From: Eukaryota sp. TZLM1-RC | Lineage: Eukaryota; Protista; Metamonada: BaSk clade | Assembly (NCBI GenBank): GCA_040285825.1 | Contig: JAUPSS010000003.1 | Location: 1,984,001-2,048,000 of the forward strand | Reading direction: 5' to 3' | DNA: 64,000 bases | In this document: one piece after another, positions 48,321 to 61,827 of the stretch | Numbering within the stretch: the stretch's first letter is position 1 | Layout: each line of letters opens with the position of its first letter | Translations under genes and position numbers: made by a program | Notes under the pieces: model-generated | Database searches by the model: none | Told to the model about the DNA's origin: nothing | What the model saw: the letters and a program-made list of their open reading frames with translations, nothing else

Positions 48321-51300
48321 TGCAAGGTTCATGATGCTGTAAGAGACCAGTTATATTGTATGTGTAAATCTCATAGAATTGAATCCTGCTTGGAACCTTT
48401 GTTGTCAAATCTGTTTGATGCTGAAAATGATTTTCATAAGAATAATAGAGGTGATGTCATATTACCTGGATTAGATGGAAGCTTCATTTTATTGGATGTA
48501 ATGTCTGTTGATCCTTGTAATGCCTCAAATGAAAGGCTTGTTAATTCTGAAATTCATAATCCCCTTTCAAATGCTGAAAATTTTAAATTCAAAAAATACA
48601 ATGAACCTTTGTCCAAATTGGCCAGTCTACAGCATGCAAAATACAATTTGTATCCATTTGTATTTTCCCTTTTTGGTTCACTTGCACCAGCTGCTTTACG
48701 TTTTTTGGATGATTTTGAAATGATTGTAAAGAGAAGAACTGGCAGAAATTTCAACAGATTGTTTTGGCAAAATAGAATTGTGTTTTCTATTTTTAAGGGG
48801 ATGTTGAAGATGGTTTCTGATGCTTTGCTTTCTCTTGGATCTCACTATGAGAGAGTTGCATCTAGTGTTTTTGTTTTGGGAGAGATGGATTTTTTAGATG
48901 TTGATTTATAGGTTTAGAATAAAATTAAATTTTAAAAAAAAATCTTTCAAATGCTGAAAATTTCAAACTCAAAAAATACAATGAACCTTTGTCCAAATTG
49001 GCCAGTCTACAGCATGCAAAATACAATTTGTATCCATTTGTATTTTCCCTTTTTGGTTCATTTGCACCAACTGCTTTACGTTTTTTGAATGATTTTGAAT
49101 TGATTGTAAAGAGAAGAATTGGCAGAAATTTCAACAGATTGTTTTGGCAAAATAGAATTGTGTTTTCTATTTTTAAGGGGATGTTGAAGATGGTCTCTGA
49201 TGCTTTGCTTTCTCTTGGATCTCACTATGAGAGAGTTGCATCTAGTGTTTTTGTTTTGGGAGAGATGGATTTTTTAGATGTTGATTTATAGGTTTTGAAT
49301 AAAATTAAAATTAAATAAAAAAAGATTTTCCTGAGCTATCGAGTTTTTTCTACCATTTTTATGGGAAAGAATCAGATTTAATTTTTAATTCATTTGGTCT
49401 TAAATCATCTTCTGGTGTGAAGCAAGGTGATCCTTTAGGCCCATTATTGTTTTGTTTAGCCATTCACAAAACTTTAAATATCATTAAGCAAAAATACCCT
49501 TCTATAAAAATAGTTGCTTATATGGATGATATATCCTTGATTGGTTCATTTGATTTACTAAAATTGGTTGCTCAAGAAATTGCCGATTCATATGAAAATA
49601 TTGGGCTTTATCTTAATGCGAACAAATGCCTTCTGATTGGCTCTTCTGCTCATGATCTTGTGATAAACGATTCTATTGTCCCTTTTACTAATTATAGTAG
49701 TGATGCTTTTAAGTTCCTTGGTTGTTGGTTAGGAAACGTGCCTCAAATTCAGAATGATTTGCAAGTTATTTTGGAAAAAATGAAAATTGAACTTGATTCA
49801 ATTTCTTATTTAGATACAGAAAAACATATTAAATTTTTCATGCTTAAAATTTGCTACACTGGGAGAATAACCCACATTTTGAGATCTTGTGCTCCTTCTA
49901 TAGCATTAGATTTTTGTCGTTCATTTAATTCATTGAGAACAGAATTTTTTTCTGATTTATTGGATGTAGAACCAGGAATGTTGAAAAGTCACTTATTTTC
50001 TTCAGCAAATTTGGGTGGTATTGGATTTACTAAATCTTCAATTTTGTGTCAATCAGCATTCTTGGGTGGTGGCAAAAATTTTATTTATGAATTTTCTCGT
50101 AGATTTCCTGATGATTCTCATCTGTTAGTTCCCAATTGCAGTCCTTATTTGTGTGAGTTATCTTGTGAACTTGGAAAATTGCCGCCACAAATTTGGACCA
50201 AATGTTTTCCTCAATCAATTCAAGAAATTCCAAACCGATCTCTTTTTAATTTACAGTTTTGCTGTAAAAAGCTTCAACAAAAATTGTCAAAGATTTTTGA
50301 AAGCTTGTATTATGATGTTAGACTTGGCTTGGCCAAGAAAAAGAATCCCGCTTTTGCAAATCTTTTACAAGATATGTGTGACAGTACTTCTTCTGCCTTA
50401 GTAACAACAATTCCCCAAGTTTATGGTACTCTCTTAACCGATTCTGCTTGGACTCTGAACATGAGATTTCGTTCCTTTATCTGGCCTGATAATTTACCTC
50501 ATAATTTAATTTGTAAATGTTTTCGAGACATTACAATTACTCATTTGTTAAATTGTAAACATTTTATTACTTTTAGAAGCAAGGTTCATGATGCTGTAAG
50601 AGACCAGTTATATTGTATGTGTAAATCTCATAGAATTGAATCCTTCTTGGAACCTCTGTTGTCAAATCTGTTTGATGCTGAAGATGATTTTCATAAGAAT
50701 AATAGAGGTGATGTTATATTACCTGGATCAGATGGAAGCTTCATTTTATTGGATGTAATGTCTGTTGATCCTTGTAATGCCTCAAATGAAAGGCTTGTTA
50801 ATTCTGAAATTCATAATCCTCTTTCAAATGCTGAAAATTTCAAACTCAAAAAATACAATGAAACTTTGTCCAAATTGGCCAGTCTACAGCATGCAAAATA
50901 CAATTTGTATCCATTTGTATTTTCCCTTTTTGGTTCACTTGCACCAACTGCTTTACGTTTTTTGGATGATTTTGAATTGATTGTCAAGAGAAGAACTGGG
51001 AGAAATTTCAACAGATTGTTTTGGCAAAATAGAATTGTGTTTTCTATTTTTAAGGGGATGTTGAAGATGGTTTCTGATGCTTTGCTGTCTCTTGGTTCTC
51101 ACTATGAGAGAGTTGCATCTAGTGTTTTTGTTTTGGGAGAGATGGATTTTTTAGATGTTGATTTATAGGTTTTGAATAAAATTAAAATACTTAAAAAAAT
51201 CCTAAAATTTTTTTTCTCCCTCCCTTAGTCAACCCTTTCATATTTCACTTTCTGTCAAGGCGTCAAAGTCGTACTGTCTCTCTGTCAAAACGATGCCATT

Positions 51301-52550
51301 GGCTGATAGTGACTCTGATACTGATTGGAACGCCCAAGCAAAGATTCTACCAATCAATTGCATCAATTGTCTTCGATCGTGTCAAAGACAAAGCTTCTAC
51401 ATTTTTGAATCCTCATCAAGTTGGAATCAAAACAATTGATGGTGCTTCTGTTGCTGCTATTGCCTCTGATACCTTTTTTAATGCAGAGGAAAATAATTTT
51501 ATTTTTAATCTCGACTTCAAAAATGCTTTTAATTCTTAAAATTTGCTACACTGGGAGAATAACCCACATTTTGAGATCTTGTGCTCCATCCATAGCTTTA
51601 GATTTTTGTCGTTCTTTTAATTCATTGAGAACAGAATTTTTTGCTGATTTATTGGATGTAGAACCAGGAATGTTGAAAAGCCATTTATTTTCTTCAGCAA
51701 ATTTGGGTGGTATTGGATTTACTAAGTCTTCAATTTTGTGTCAATCAGCATTCTTGGGTGGTGGCAAAAATTTTATTTATGAATTTTCTCGTAGATTTCC
51801 TGATGATTCTCATCTGTTAGTCCCCAATTGCAGTCCCTATTTGTATGAGTTATCTTGTGAACTTGAAAAATTGCCGCCACAAATTTGGACCAAATGTTTT
51901 CCTCAATCAATTCAAGAAATTCCAAACCGATCTCTTTTTAATTTACAGTTTTGCTGTAAAAAGCTTCAACAAAAATTGTCAAAGATTTTTGAAAGCTTGG
52001 ATTTTGATGTTAGACTTGGCTTGGCCAAGAAAAAGAATCCCGCTTTTGCAAAACTTTTACAAGATATGTGTGACAGTACTTCTTCTGCCTTAGTAACAAC
52101 AATTCCCCAAGTTTATGGTACTCTCTTAACCGATTCTGCTTGGACTCTCAATATGAGATTTCGTTCCTTTATCTGGCCTAATAATTTACCTCATAATTTA
52201 ATTTGTAAATGTTCTCGAGAAATTACAACTACTCATTTGTTAAATTGTAAACATTTTATTACTTTTAGAAGCAAGGTTCATGATGCTGTAAGAGACCAGT
52301 TATATTGTATGTGTAAATCTCATAGAATTGAATCCTTCTTGGAACCTCTGTTGTCAAATCTGTTTAATGCTGAAGATGATTTTCGTAAGAATAATAGAGG
52401 TGATGTTATATTACCTGGATTAGATGGAAGTTTCATTTTATTGGATGTAATGTCTGTTGATCCTTGTAATGCCTCAAATGAAAGGCTAGTTAATTCAGAA
52501 ATTCATAATCCCCTTTCAAATGCTGAAAATTTTAAATTCAAAAAATACAA
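48320..52550 (+). mobile_element. Head-to-tail family A copies (3' fragments, 583-aa RT-RLE ORF 49417-51168, internally deleted copy from about 51205)
   Basis: Repeated A C-termini and tails at about 48940, 49320, 51195; A 5' end at about 51205. Confidence 0.92.
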
Positions 52551-54920
52551 AGGGACTATTTGAAGCCTTTCCAATTTGGTATAAAAACTATTGAAGGTGC
52601 TTCTGTTGCTTCAATGACTTCAGATGTTTTTTTCAATAGTCAACAACATCAATATATTTTCAATTTGGATTTCAAAAATGCTTCCAATTCTGTGAAACGT
52701 AATTGTATTTTTGATGTGCTTCTTCATGATTTTCCTGAACTTTCTGCATATTTTTATTTTATGGAAAAAAATCAGACTTAATTTTTGACTCCTTTACCCT
52801 TGAATCTTCTTCTGGTGTGAAACAAGGTGATCCTCTTGGCCCTTTGCTGTTTTGTTTGGCTATTCATAATATTATTAAAATGACACAACAAGATTTCCCT
52901 GATTTGCGTATTGTTGCCTATATGGATGACATTTCTATTATTGGTTCTTTTGAAAGCATTTCTAGGGTTTCTGAAGACATTGCGGCGAAATACAAAGAAA
53001 TTGGTTTAGCTTTAAACCCATCTAAATGTCTCTTGATTGGTAAAGAAAAACAATCTTTGATGATTGGTGGAGCTCAGATTCCTTTTATCAATTACGACCA
53101 ACAAGCTTTTAAGTTTCTTGGATGTTGGCTTGGCAATTTGGATGAAATTTATTCCCAGTTAAACAATTTATTGGAGAAGTTTGACAAGGATCTTAGTTTG
53201 ATTGCTGAATGTGACATTGAGAAACACATCAAATTTTTGATTTTAAAAATTTGTTATTCTGGAAAATTCACTCATATTTTAAGGTCAACTCCCCCATCGG
53301 TATCTCTCAATTTTTGCAGATCTTTTAACAAACTTCGAGTCAAATTTTTTTCTTCTTTATTAGAAGTAAATGAATCTTTAATTCGAAGTCATGTAAGATT
53401 TTGTAGAGGAAATCTTTTTTTTTAAAAACTGGAATATTTATTGAGATAAAAATAACCATCTAGAATTCAAAATCCTCCAAACAAGCGTCACTATTGCTGA
53501 ACCTACTCACAGCATTACGTTCATATTCTACACCGATAGCTAAAAGTGCCTTTGAAATCATTGTAGGAATAGACTTGAAAATGCAAAAAACAATTCTATT
53601 TAACCAGAAAGTGGAGTTCATTGTTTTACCAGACCTATTCAGTAACACTTTTTTAAAATTTTCCAAAAAGTGCAAGCCTGAAGGTCCAATATTGCCAAAA
53701 AGAGAAATTGCAAACGGCACAAACTGATATTTCACATGTTCCACTCTACCTAACTGTGCCAAAGGTTCTTCATATTTTTTTATCTTCTTTTTTTCGGCGT
53801 TAGATAACGGCGAGTCAGCGGAATACACTAAACGAGCAGCAGAATTTTTGCAAACATCCACTGAGACAACGTCTACAACATTGAGAACACCATCGATCCC
53901 TGGAGCTACTAAATCTGCCCTTCTTTTACCAAAGGAATCATCAGTTTGATCTGAAGACAGCTTACGTACTAGTGGCTCAATAAATGCGTCTATATTGAAA
54001 CTTTTGCACATGGCATATAATTGATCACGAACTGAGTCATGAACAAGTGAGCGATAAGTTATGAAATACTTACAGTTTAAAATATGGGAAAGCGTAACAA
54101 CACTCTTGCATCGACAAATTAAATCATTTGGCAATGAACAAGGCCATAGAAAACATCTCAATCTCATTGCAGTGGTCCATTGGTGATCATTAAGTAGAAG
54201 GCCGTAAATGTTGGGAATTTGGGAGAATAAGCAACTTGAGCAACTGTCTTCAAGATCAATCAAAAAGTTTGCAAAAACGGGATTTTTTTCCTTAGCCAAG
54301 CTAGAGGAAATCTTGGTTTAATGATAGTCGTCCCATTAGTTATGATTTAATTTAATCAAGTGTGCGAATTCAATAAATTGAATAAGTCATGTATTTTGTT
54401 CAGCAGATTTGGGTGGAATTGGATTCACCAAATCTTCGATTCTGTGTAAAGCAGCATTTTTGGGAGGTGGAAAAAATTTTGTTTTTGAATTTTTCCAAAG
54501 GTTCCCTTTTGATGTTCATCTGATCAATGGTGAATCAAATTTTTACTTGAATCAACTGCAATTTGAATTAGAAAATTTGCCTAGTGATATCTGGATTCAG
54601 TGTTTTCCTCAAAATGTTCAAGAAATTCCCACCCGATCACTTCCAAATTTACGTTTTTGCTTGAAAAAGCTTCAGCACCATCTGGTTAAATTATATGAAG
54701 GCTTGGATTATGAAGTAAGACTTGGCTTGGCCAAAACTAAAAATCCCGCTTTCGGTAATTTTTTAAAGGATATTCGTGATAGTTCAGCTGCTGCTTTAGT
54801 AACTCAACTTCCCTCTGTTTATGGACTTTTGTTGAAGAACAATGAATGGCTTCTAAACATGCGTTTTCGTTGTTTTCTGTGGCCAAACAATTTGCCCAAT
54901 CATTTAACTTGTAAATGTGG
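52550..54920 (+). mobile_element. CRE family D containing a short B insert (53396-54383) that itself contains family C
   Basis: TSD AAGTCATGTA (53386-53395, 54384-54393). Confidence 0.9.
53415..54301 (-). mobile_element. 5'-truncated CRE family C
   Basis: Open ORF 53460-54299; TSD TAGAGGAAATC (53404-53414, 54302-54312). Confidence 0.92.
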
Positions 54921-55491
54921 TAAAATATATTTTATATTTTAGATATATTTTAAAAAATAATTTATATGTATGCCATGTTTGCTCCTCGCTTGATACATTA
55001 CGGCCTCCATGTAAGATTCCGAATGGTCTCAGTCCCAAGGCTTCCGTTCCCTTTTCTGTTGCGTTTAGAACATTCAGTCTTGCTTTGAAAAAAGGAGAAT
55101 GGGATATATTTTCTATTTGGAAATTCTTCCTTGAACAAAAATCAGGTTCTCGTCCCCAAAAGGTTTTCACTCCAAAGAAACAACCCAAGAATAAGACTGT
55201 ACGAAAACTTTTGCTACGTGGGAGATATGGTTCAGGGAAAAACGCTCTGTTCTCATCTGATCTTGCTCCTGTGACTGATGAAACTGTAAATCAATTAGTA
55301 GATCTGCATCCAGCTGAATTTCTTAATTTGGATAAACCATCTGCTTCACAATTTTGGAAACAAAATCCACTTTCTGAAAAAGAAGTTGAAACTGCCATTT
55401 TCCGTCTTCCATCTGGAAAAGCTCCAGGTCCATCTGGAATTACTTTTGATATGCTGAAATCTGTGTGCCGCCAAAATTCCTTTATTATTAA

Positions 55492-56319
55492 TGATGCCGT
55501 TAGGCAGATGAACACACGAAGGAGAGAGAGAAATCTGAGTTTATTAATAAAACTGATTCATAAACGAGTATCACGTCATCAGTCAAAATACAATGAAACC
55601 TACTAATTCAATTTAAGTTCGACAACAACACTACTTTTTCCCATTTTTCTGAGGACAAATACAGTACTGGCTCAATAGAGGGGAGATATGGGGTTTGTTA
55701 AATTCTCCGGTGCATCGATGGTATGAGAACGTTGGATACCTACGAAAAGAAGTCCTCTGGCAAATCGGTTCAGAAAAGCTATGTCTGGCAACTTCAGTCC
55801 GGAAGCCCTACTCTTTACCTGGAAAAAACGTCGCAGGTAACAGGACATACGTTCTCGGACGTCACCAATACGGACATAAAGCATCAGTTCTGACATAGCC
55901 AGACTAAAATCTTCGTACATGGCGAACGATACGACAGATTGTAGATGTCTGAGAAGAACATCGTCACTGGATCAGCCGTCGGATTTCTGGAGAGATAGGG
56001 ACTCTAACAGAAAAGAATCGACCAAGAGTCTTGCTGGAACAAGCTCTTTCTTAGGAGTCACCGAAGAATAAATCTTTCACTCCTATAGGAACAGAAGAAC
56101 ACTTTCAACTTTCATGGAAGAAAGAGACGTCAGGTTAACAGAGGGAACAGTCATCTGAAATAAGAAGGGCCAATAATTATTGATGCCGTTAGGCAGATGA
56201 ACACACGAAGGAGAGAGAGAAATCTGAGTTTATTAATAAAACTGATTCATAAACGAGTATCACGTCATCAGTCAAAATACAATGAAACCTACTAATTCAA
56301 TTTAAGTTCGACAACAACA
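55492..56319 (-). mobile_element. Mini LTR retroelement family L2 (gag remnant only), recent
   Basis: Identical 139-bp LTRs 55492-55630 and 56181-56319 (TG..CA), TSD TTAA, polypurine tract adjacent to 55630, gag-like ERMSCYLRRF..F..GL. Confidence 0.93.
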
Positions 56320-57917
56320 TTAAAGATTTATGTTCCTTTTTTCCTTTTTTTTCTCCCTCCCTTAGTCAACCCTTTCATATTTCACTTTCTGTCAAGGCGT
56401 CAAAGTCGTACTGTTTCTCTGTCAAAACGATGCCTTTGGCTGATAGTGACTCTGATACTGATTGGAACGCCCAAGCAAAGATTCTACCAGTCAGATCAAG
56501 CTCATCCACTCCACTTCCCCACTCTCCCCACAATACAAGCTATGCTCGAAATTCATCTCAAAAAAATTTTCATTCAAAAACTGATCATTGTACTAGAAAA
56601 AACACAGAAAAACCACCATTACGTTCCTTGCGTTCTGTTGCGCGTTCTATTAACAACTCCGTTTCTCGAAATTTGTTTTCTCCAGCTGAAACTGCAAAAA
56701 GTCAAAAGTCTATTTCTACTTTTAACTCACAAATTAACAAAATTGAAAGAACTGAAAAAATGAAACCACTGCCATTAAAAGGTTCTAAAAAATGTTCGAT
56801 TTGTGGTTTCAGTGGTCATAATTCGAGAACGTGCCCTGAGAAACAAAAAAGAGAATTTGAATTAAAATCTGCTCAACAAATTCTCAAATGTTCTGTTCCA
56901 GCTGTTGCCGTTGTGAAAGGTGCTGAAAATAATGTTTCTGACGATCAACAGTTAAATGCTTCTAGTGTTCCCTCTTCTTCCCCTTCTGAAAACAGTAATT
57001 TTTGTTGTCCATTTTGCAAAAAAGATGTTGCAGATTCACGAAATGGTCGAAAACTTCTGTTTTGTACGAATTGTAAAGCCGTTGATACCGTAAGACCCCC
57101 GATCCGGATCCCAGTAGAAATAAGTCCCGCCAGCACAATCCCCTTCTCAATGGAAATGAGAAATTTTACTTCTGAATTGAAAAATAATAAGTGGAATATT
57201 TCATCCTTCTGGAAATATTTTGCTAGAAAAAACAAAAATTGTTTTAAGAAAAAATTTGGAAATAGAAAAATTGTAAAATCAAAAATTTGCCGTAAATTGT
57301 GCTTACGTGGTCGTTATGGTGCCGCAAAGCAGTCTTTGTTTTCCTCTTCTTTGGCTGATGCAAACTCTGATACCCTTGAAAAACTTCAAAAGTTGCATCC
57401 TCAAGAAAATTTCAAGTGCAGCAAGCCTGAAGTGTGTCCTTTTTGGATTGAAAATCCTATTACTGCAATTGAAGTTCTTAAAGCTATTCAAAAATTGCCA
57501 AAGGGGAAAGCAGCAGGCCCATCTGGAATTTCTTTTGATCTGTTAAAAATAGCGTGTTCCAGTGCTCCCGAAATTGCTGATGATCTAGCCCACTATTTTC
57601 AACAATTGATTGTTTTGAAAATTAATCCTCCATTTGAATTACTCGCAGCACGTCTGATTGCTTTAGTAAAGCCTGGAAACGGAATCAAACCTGATGGAAT
57701 ACGCCCAATTGCTGTTGGTGAATCTCTTTCTCGTTTGCTAGCATCAATTGTCTTCGATCGTGTCAAAGACAAAGCTTCTACATTTTTGAATCCTCATCAA
57801 TTTGGAATCAAAACAATTGATGGTGCTTCTGTTGCTGCTATTGCCTCTGATACCTTTTTTAATGCAGAGGAAAATAATTTTATTTTTAATCTCGACTTTA
57901 AAAATGCTTTTAATTCT

Positions 57918-58021
57918 TGATTTTATTAATTTATTGAATTTGCACACTTGATTAAATTAAATCATAACTAATGGGACGACTATCATTAAACCAAGATTTC
58001 CTCTACAAAATCTTGATTTGA
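57918..58021 (-). mobile_element. 104-bp family-B 3'-end insert
   Basis: TSD TTTTAATTCT (57908-57917, 58022-58031). Confidence 0.92.
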
Positions 58022-59742
58022 TTTTAATTCTGTAAAGCGAGAAGCAATTTTTGAAATTATTAAATCTGACTTTCCTGAGCTATCGAGTTTTTTCTACCAT
58101 TTTTATGGGAAAGAATCAGATTTAATTTTTAATTCATTTGGTCTTAAATCATCTTCTGGAGTGAAGCAGGGAGATCCTTTAGGCCCATTATTGTTTTGTT
58201 TAGCTATTCACAAAACTTTAAATATCATTAAGCAAAAATACCCTTCTATAAAAATAGTTGCTTATATGGATGATATATCCTTGATTGGTTCATTTGATTT
58301 ACTAGAATTGGTTGCTCAAGAAATTGCCGATTCATATGAAAATATTGGGCTTCATCTTAATGCCAGCAAATGCCTTCTGATTGGCTCTTCTGCTCAAGAC
58401 CTCGTGATAAACGATTCTATTGTCCCTTTTACTAATTATAGTAGTGATGCTTTTAAGTTCCTTGGTTGTTGGTTAGGAAATGTGCCTCAAATTCAGAATG
58501 AATTGCAAGTTATTTTGGAAAAAATGAAAATTGAACTTGATTCAATTTCTTCTTTAGATATAGAAAAGCATATTAAATTTTTCATGCTTAAAATTTGCTA
58601 CACTGGGAGAATAACCCACATTTTGAGATCTTGTGCTCCTTCCATAGCATTAGATTTTTGTCGTTCTTTTAATTCATTGAGAACAGAATTTTTTGCTGAT
58701 TTATTGGATGTAGAACCAGGAATGTTGAAAAGCCATTTATTTTCTTCAGCAAATTTGGGTGGTTTTGGTTTTAGTAAATCTTCAATTTTGTGTCAATCAG
58801 CATTCTTGGGTGGTGGCAAAAATTTTATTTATGAATTTTCTCGTAGATTTCCTGATGATTCTCATCTGTTAGTCCCCAATTGTAGTCCCTATTTGTATGA
58901 GTTATCTTGTGAACTTGAAAAATTACCGCCACAAATTTGGACCAAATGTTTTCCTCAATCAATTCAAGAAATTCCAAACCGATCTCTATTTAATTTACAG
59001 TTTTGCTGTAAAAAGCTTCAACAAAAATTGTCAAAGATTTTTGAAAGCTTGGATTTTGATGTTAGACTTGGCTTGGCCAAGAAAAAGAATCCCGCTTTTG
59101 CAAATCTTTTTACAAGATATGTGTGACAGTACTTCTTCTGCCTTAGTAACAACAATTCCACAAGTTTATGGTACTCTCTTATCCGATTCTGCTTGGACTC
59201 TGAATATGAGATTTCGTTCCTTTATCTGGCCTGATAATTTACCTCATAATTTAATTTGTAAATGTTCTCAAGAAATTACAACTACTCATTTGTTAAATTG
59301 TAAACATTTTATTACTTTTAGAAGCAAGGTTCATGATGCTGTAAGAGACCAGTTATATTGTATGTGTAAATCTCATAGAATTGAATCCTTCTTGGAACCT
59401 TTGTTGTCAAATCTGTTTGATGCTGAAAATGATTTTCATAAGAATAATAGAGGTGATGTCATATTACCTGGATTAGATGGAAGCTTCATTTTATTGGATG
59501 TAATGTCTGTTGATCCTTGTAATGCCTCAAATGAAAGGCTTGTTAATTCTGAAATTCATAATCCCCTTTCAAATGCTGAAAATTTTAAATTCAAAAAATA
59601 CAATGAACCATTGTCCAAATTGGCCAGTCTACAGCATGCAAAATACAATTTGTATCCATTTGTATTTTCCCTTTTTGGTTCACTTGCACCAACTGCTTTA
59701 CGTTTTTTGGATGATTTTGAAATGATTGTAAAGAGAAGAACT

Positions 59743-61247
59743 TTTTTTTTTCTAAAACTTTTTATTCAACAACAAATATGAAATACACAATTAAAACTCC
59801 ACATCCTCAAAACCTGCCTCCCCTACATCAAAACAATTAATCGCTAAAGATTCAGAAAATTTCCCAAAAGAAGATAGTGAATCAGAAATTAGTGTTACCA
59901 TTCCCTTAAAAATAGAAAATACAATCCTGTTTTGCCAGTAAACACGATTGAAAATTCTTCCAGTTCTTTCCTTTACAACTACAACAAAATCCTCCAGGAA
60001 AGCCATAGCAGCCTTACCTAGAGATCCAAGCAAAGAAAAAAACAAATGGACATAAATTATATTGGGCATGAGAATTTTCATTAACCGAGGAAATGGGTTT
60101 CGCATATTTAGCAATTTTATATTTTTCGCCTGCAAGAAGAGGATTATTTACATCCGAGTTAATGAAATGTTCGTTAGAGGAATTACAAGGGTCAATAGAC
60201 ATGGCGTCCAAAATAGTAAAACTACCATTTAAACCAGGAACAACTAGATCACCTCTAGTCAGACCCATAGAAGCTCTGTTGTAACGCGTACTATCAATAT
60301 TGGGATCATCAAGAATTAATTTTGATAACAGCGGTTCTAAAAAGGAATCTACACGATATGATTTGCACATTACATAAATTTGGTCCCTGACGTTATTATG
60401 CACTTTACTTCTAAACGTAATGAAATGTTTACAGTTCAAAAGATGAGTAAACAAAAGAGGTTTACCACATTTACAAGTTAAATGATTGGGCAAATTGTTT
60501 GGCCACAGAAAACAACGAAAACGCATGTTTAGAAGCCATTCATTGTCTTTTAACAAAAGTCCATAAACAGAGGGAACTTGAGTTACTAAAGCAGCAGCTG
60601 AACTATGACGAATATCCTTTAAAAAATTACCGAAAGCGGGATTTTTAGTTTTGGCCAAGCCAAGTCTTACTTCATAATCCAAGCCTTCATATAATTTAAC
60701 CAGATGGTGCTGAAGCTTTTCAAGCAAAAACGTAAATTTGGAAGTGATCGAGTGGGAATTTCTTGAACATTTTGAGGAAAACACTGAATCCAGATATCAC
60801 TAGGCAAATTTTCTAATTCAAATTGCAGTTGATTCAAGTAAAAATTTGATTCACCATTGATCAGATGAACATCAAAAGGGAACCTTTGGAAAAATTCAAA
60901 AACAAAATTTTTACCACCTCCCAAAAATGCTGCTTTACACAGAATCGAAGATTTGGTGAATCCAATTCCACCCAAATCTGCTGAACAAAATACATGACTT
61001 CGAATTAAAGATTCATTTACTTCTAATAAAGAAGAAAAAAATTTGACTCGAAGTTTGTTAAAAGATCTGCAAAAATTGAGAGATACCGAAGGGGGAGTTG
61101 ACCTTAAAATATGAGTGAATTTTCCAGAATAACAAATTTTTAAAATAAAAAATTTGATGTGTTTCTCAATGTCACATTCAGCAATAAAACTAAGATCCTT
61201 GTCAAACTTCTCCAATAAATTGTTTAACTGGGAATAAATTTCATCCA
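59743..61247 (-). mobile_element. 5'-truncated CRE family D
   Basis: Poly-T tail; TSD AAAGAGAAGAACT (59730-59742, 61248-61260). Confidence 0.93.
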
Positions 61248-61827
61248 AAAGAGAAGAACTGGCAGAAATTTCAACAGATTGTTTTGGCAAAATAGAATTG
61301 TGTTTTCTATCTTTAAGGGGATGTTGAAGATGGTTTCTGATGCTTTGCTTTCTCTTGGATCTCACTATGAGAGAGTTGCATCTAGTGTTTTTGTTTTGGG
61401 AGAGATGGATTTTTTAGATGTTGATTTATAGGTTTTGAATAAAATTAAATTTTAAAAAAAAATTTTCAAGATGTTTTGACAATGAAAATTGTTCCACCCA
61501 AAGAATTAAGTGCATCACGGTTAGTGGCTTTAACTAAACCTAATGGAAAAGTTCGCCCAATTGCCATAGGTGAAGCCATTTATCGCCTGATGTCTTCAGT
61601 AATTTTTAATCGAGTTTCAACAAAAGCTAAAGAATACTTTTCTCCATTCCAATATGGAATCAAAACCATTGATCGAGCTTCAGTTGCAGCTTTGTCATCT
61701 GATCTGTTTTTCAATTGTCACGAAAATAGTTGCATTTTTAATCTTGATTTCAAAAATGCTTTCAATTCAGTGAAAAGAGATTCAATTTGGAAAGAAATCA
61801 AATCAAATTTTCCTGAACTCGAAGACT

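Larger units (their letters stand above)
56345..61462 (+). mobile_element. Full-length CRE family A (about 1120-aa single ORF when reconstructed), interrupted by B and D inserts
   Basis: ATG 56430; CSICGFSGHNSRTC knuckle, CPFC..CTNC, GKAAGPSG, RPIAVGE, LDFKNAFNS, QGDPLGP, YMDD, CKC..HLLNC, HDAVRD, RGD..LDV..K.KKY. Confidence 0.95.
54920..61827 (+). mobile_element. CRE N-terminal/RT fragment hosting several insertions (pieces 54920-55491, 56320-56345, 61463-61827)
   Basis: Removing the inserts restores GKAPGPSGITFD..NSFIIKDLCSFFQDVLTMKIVPPKELSASRLVAL..RPIAIGE. Confidence 0.75.
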
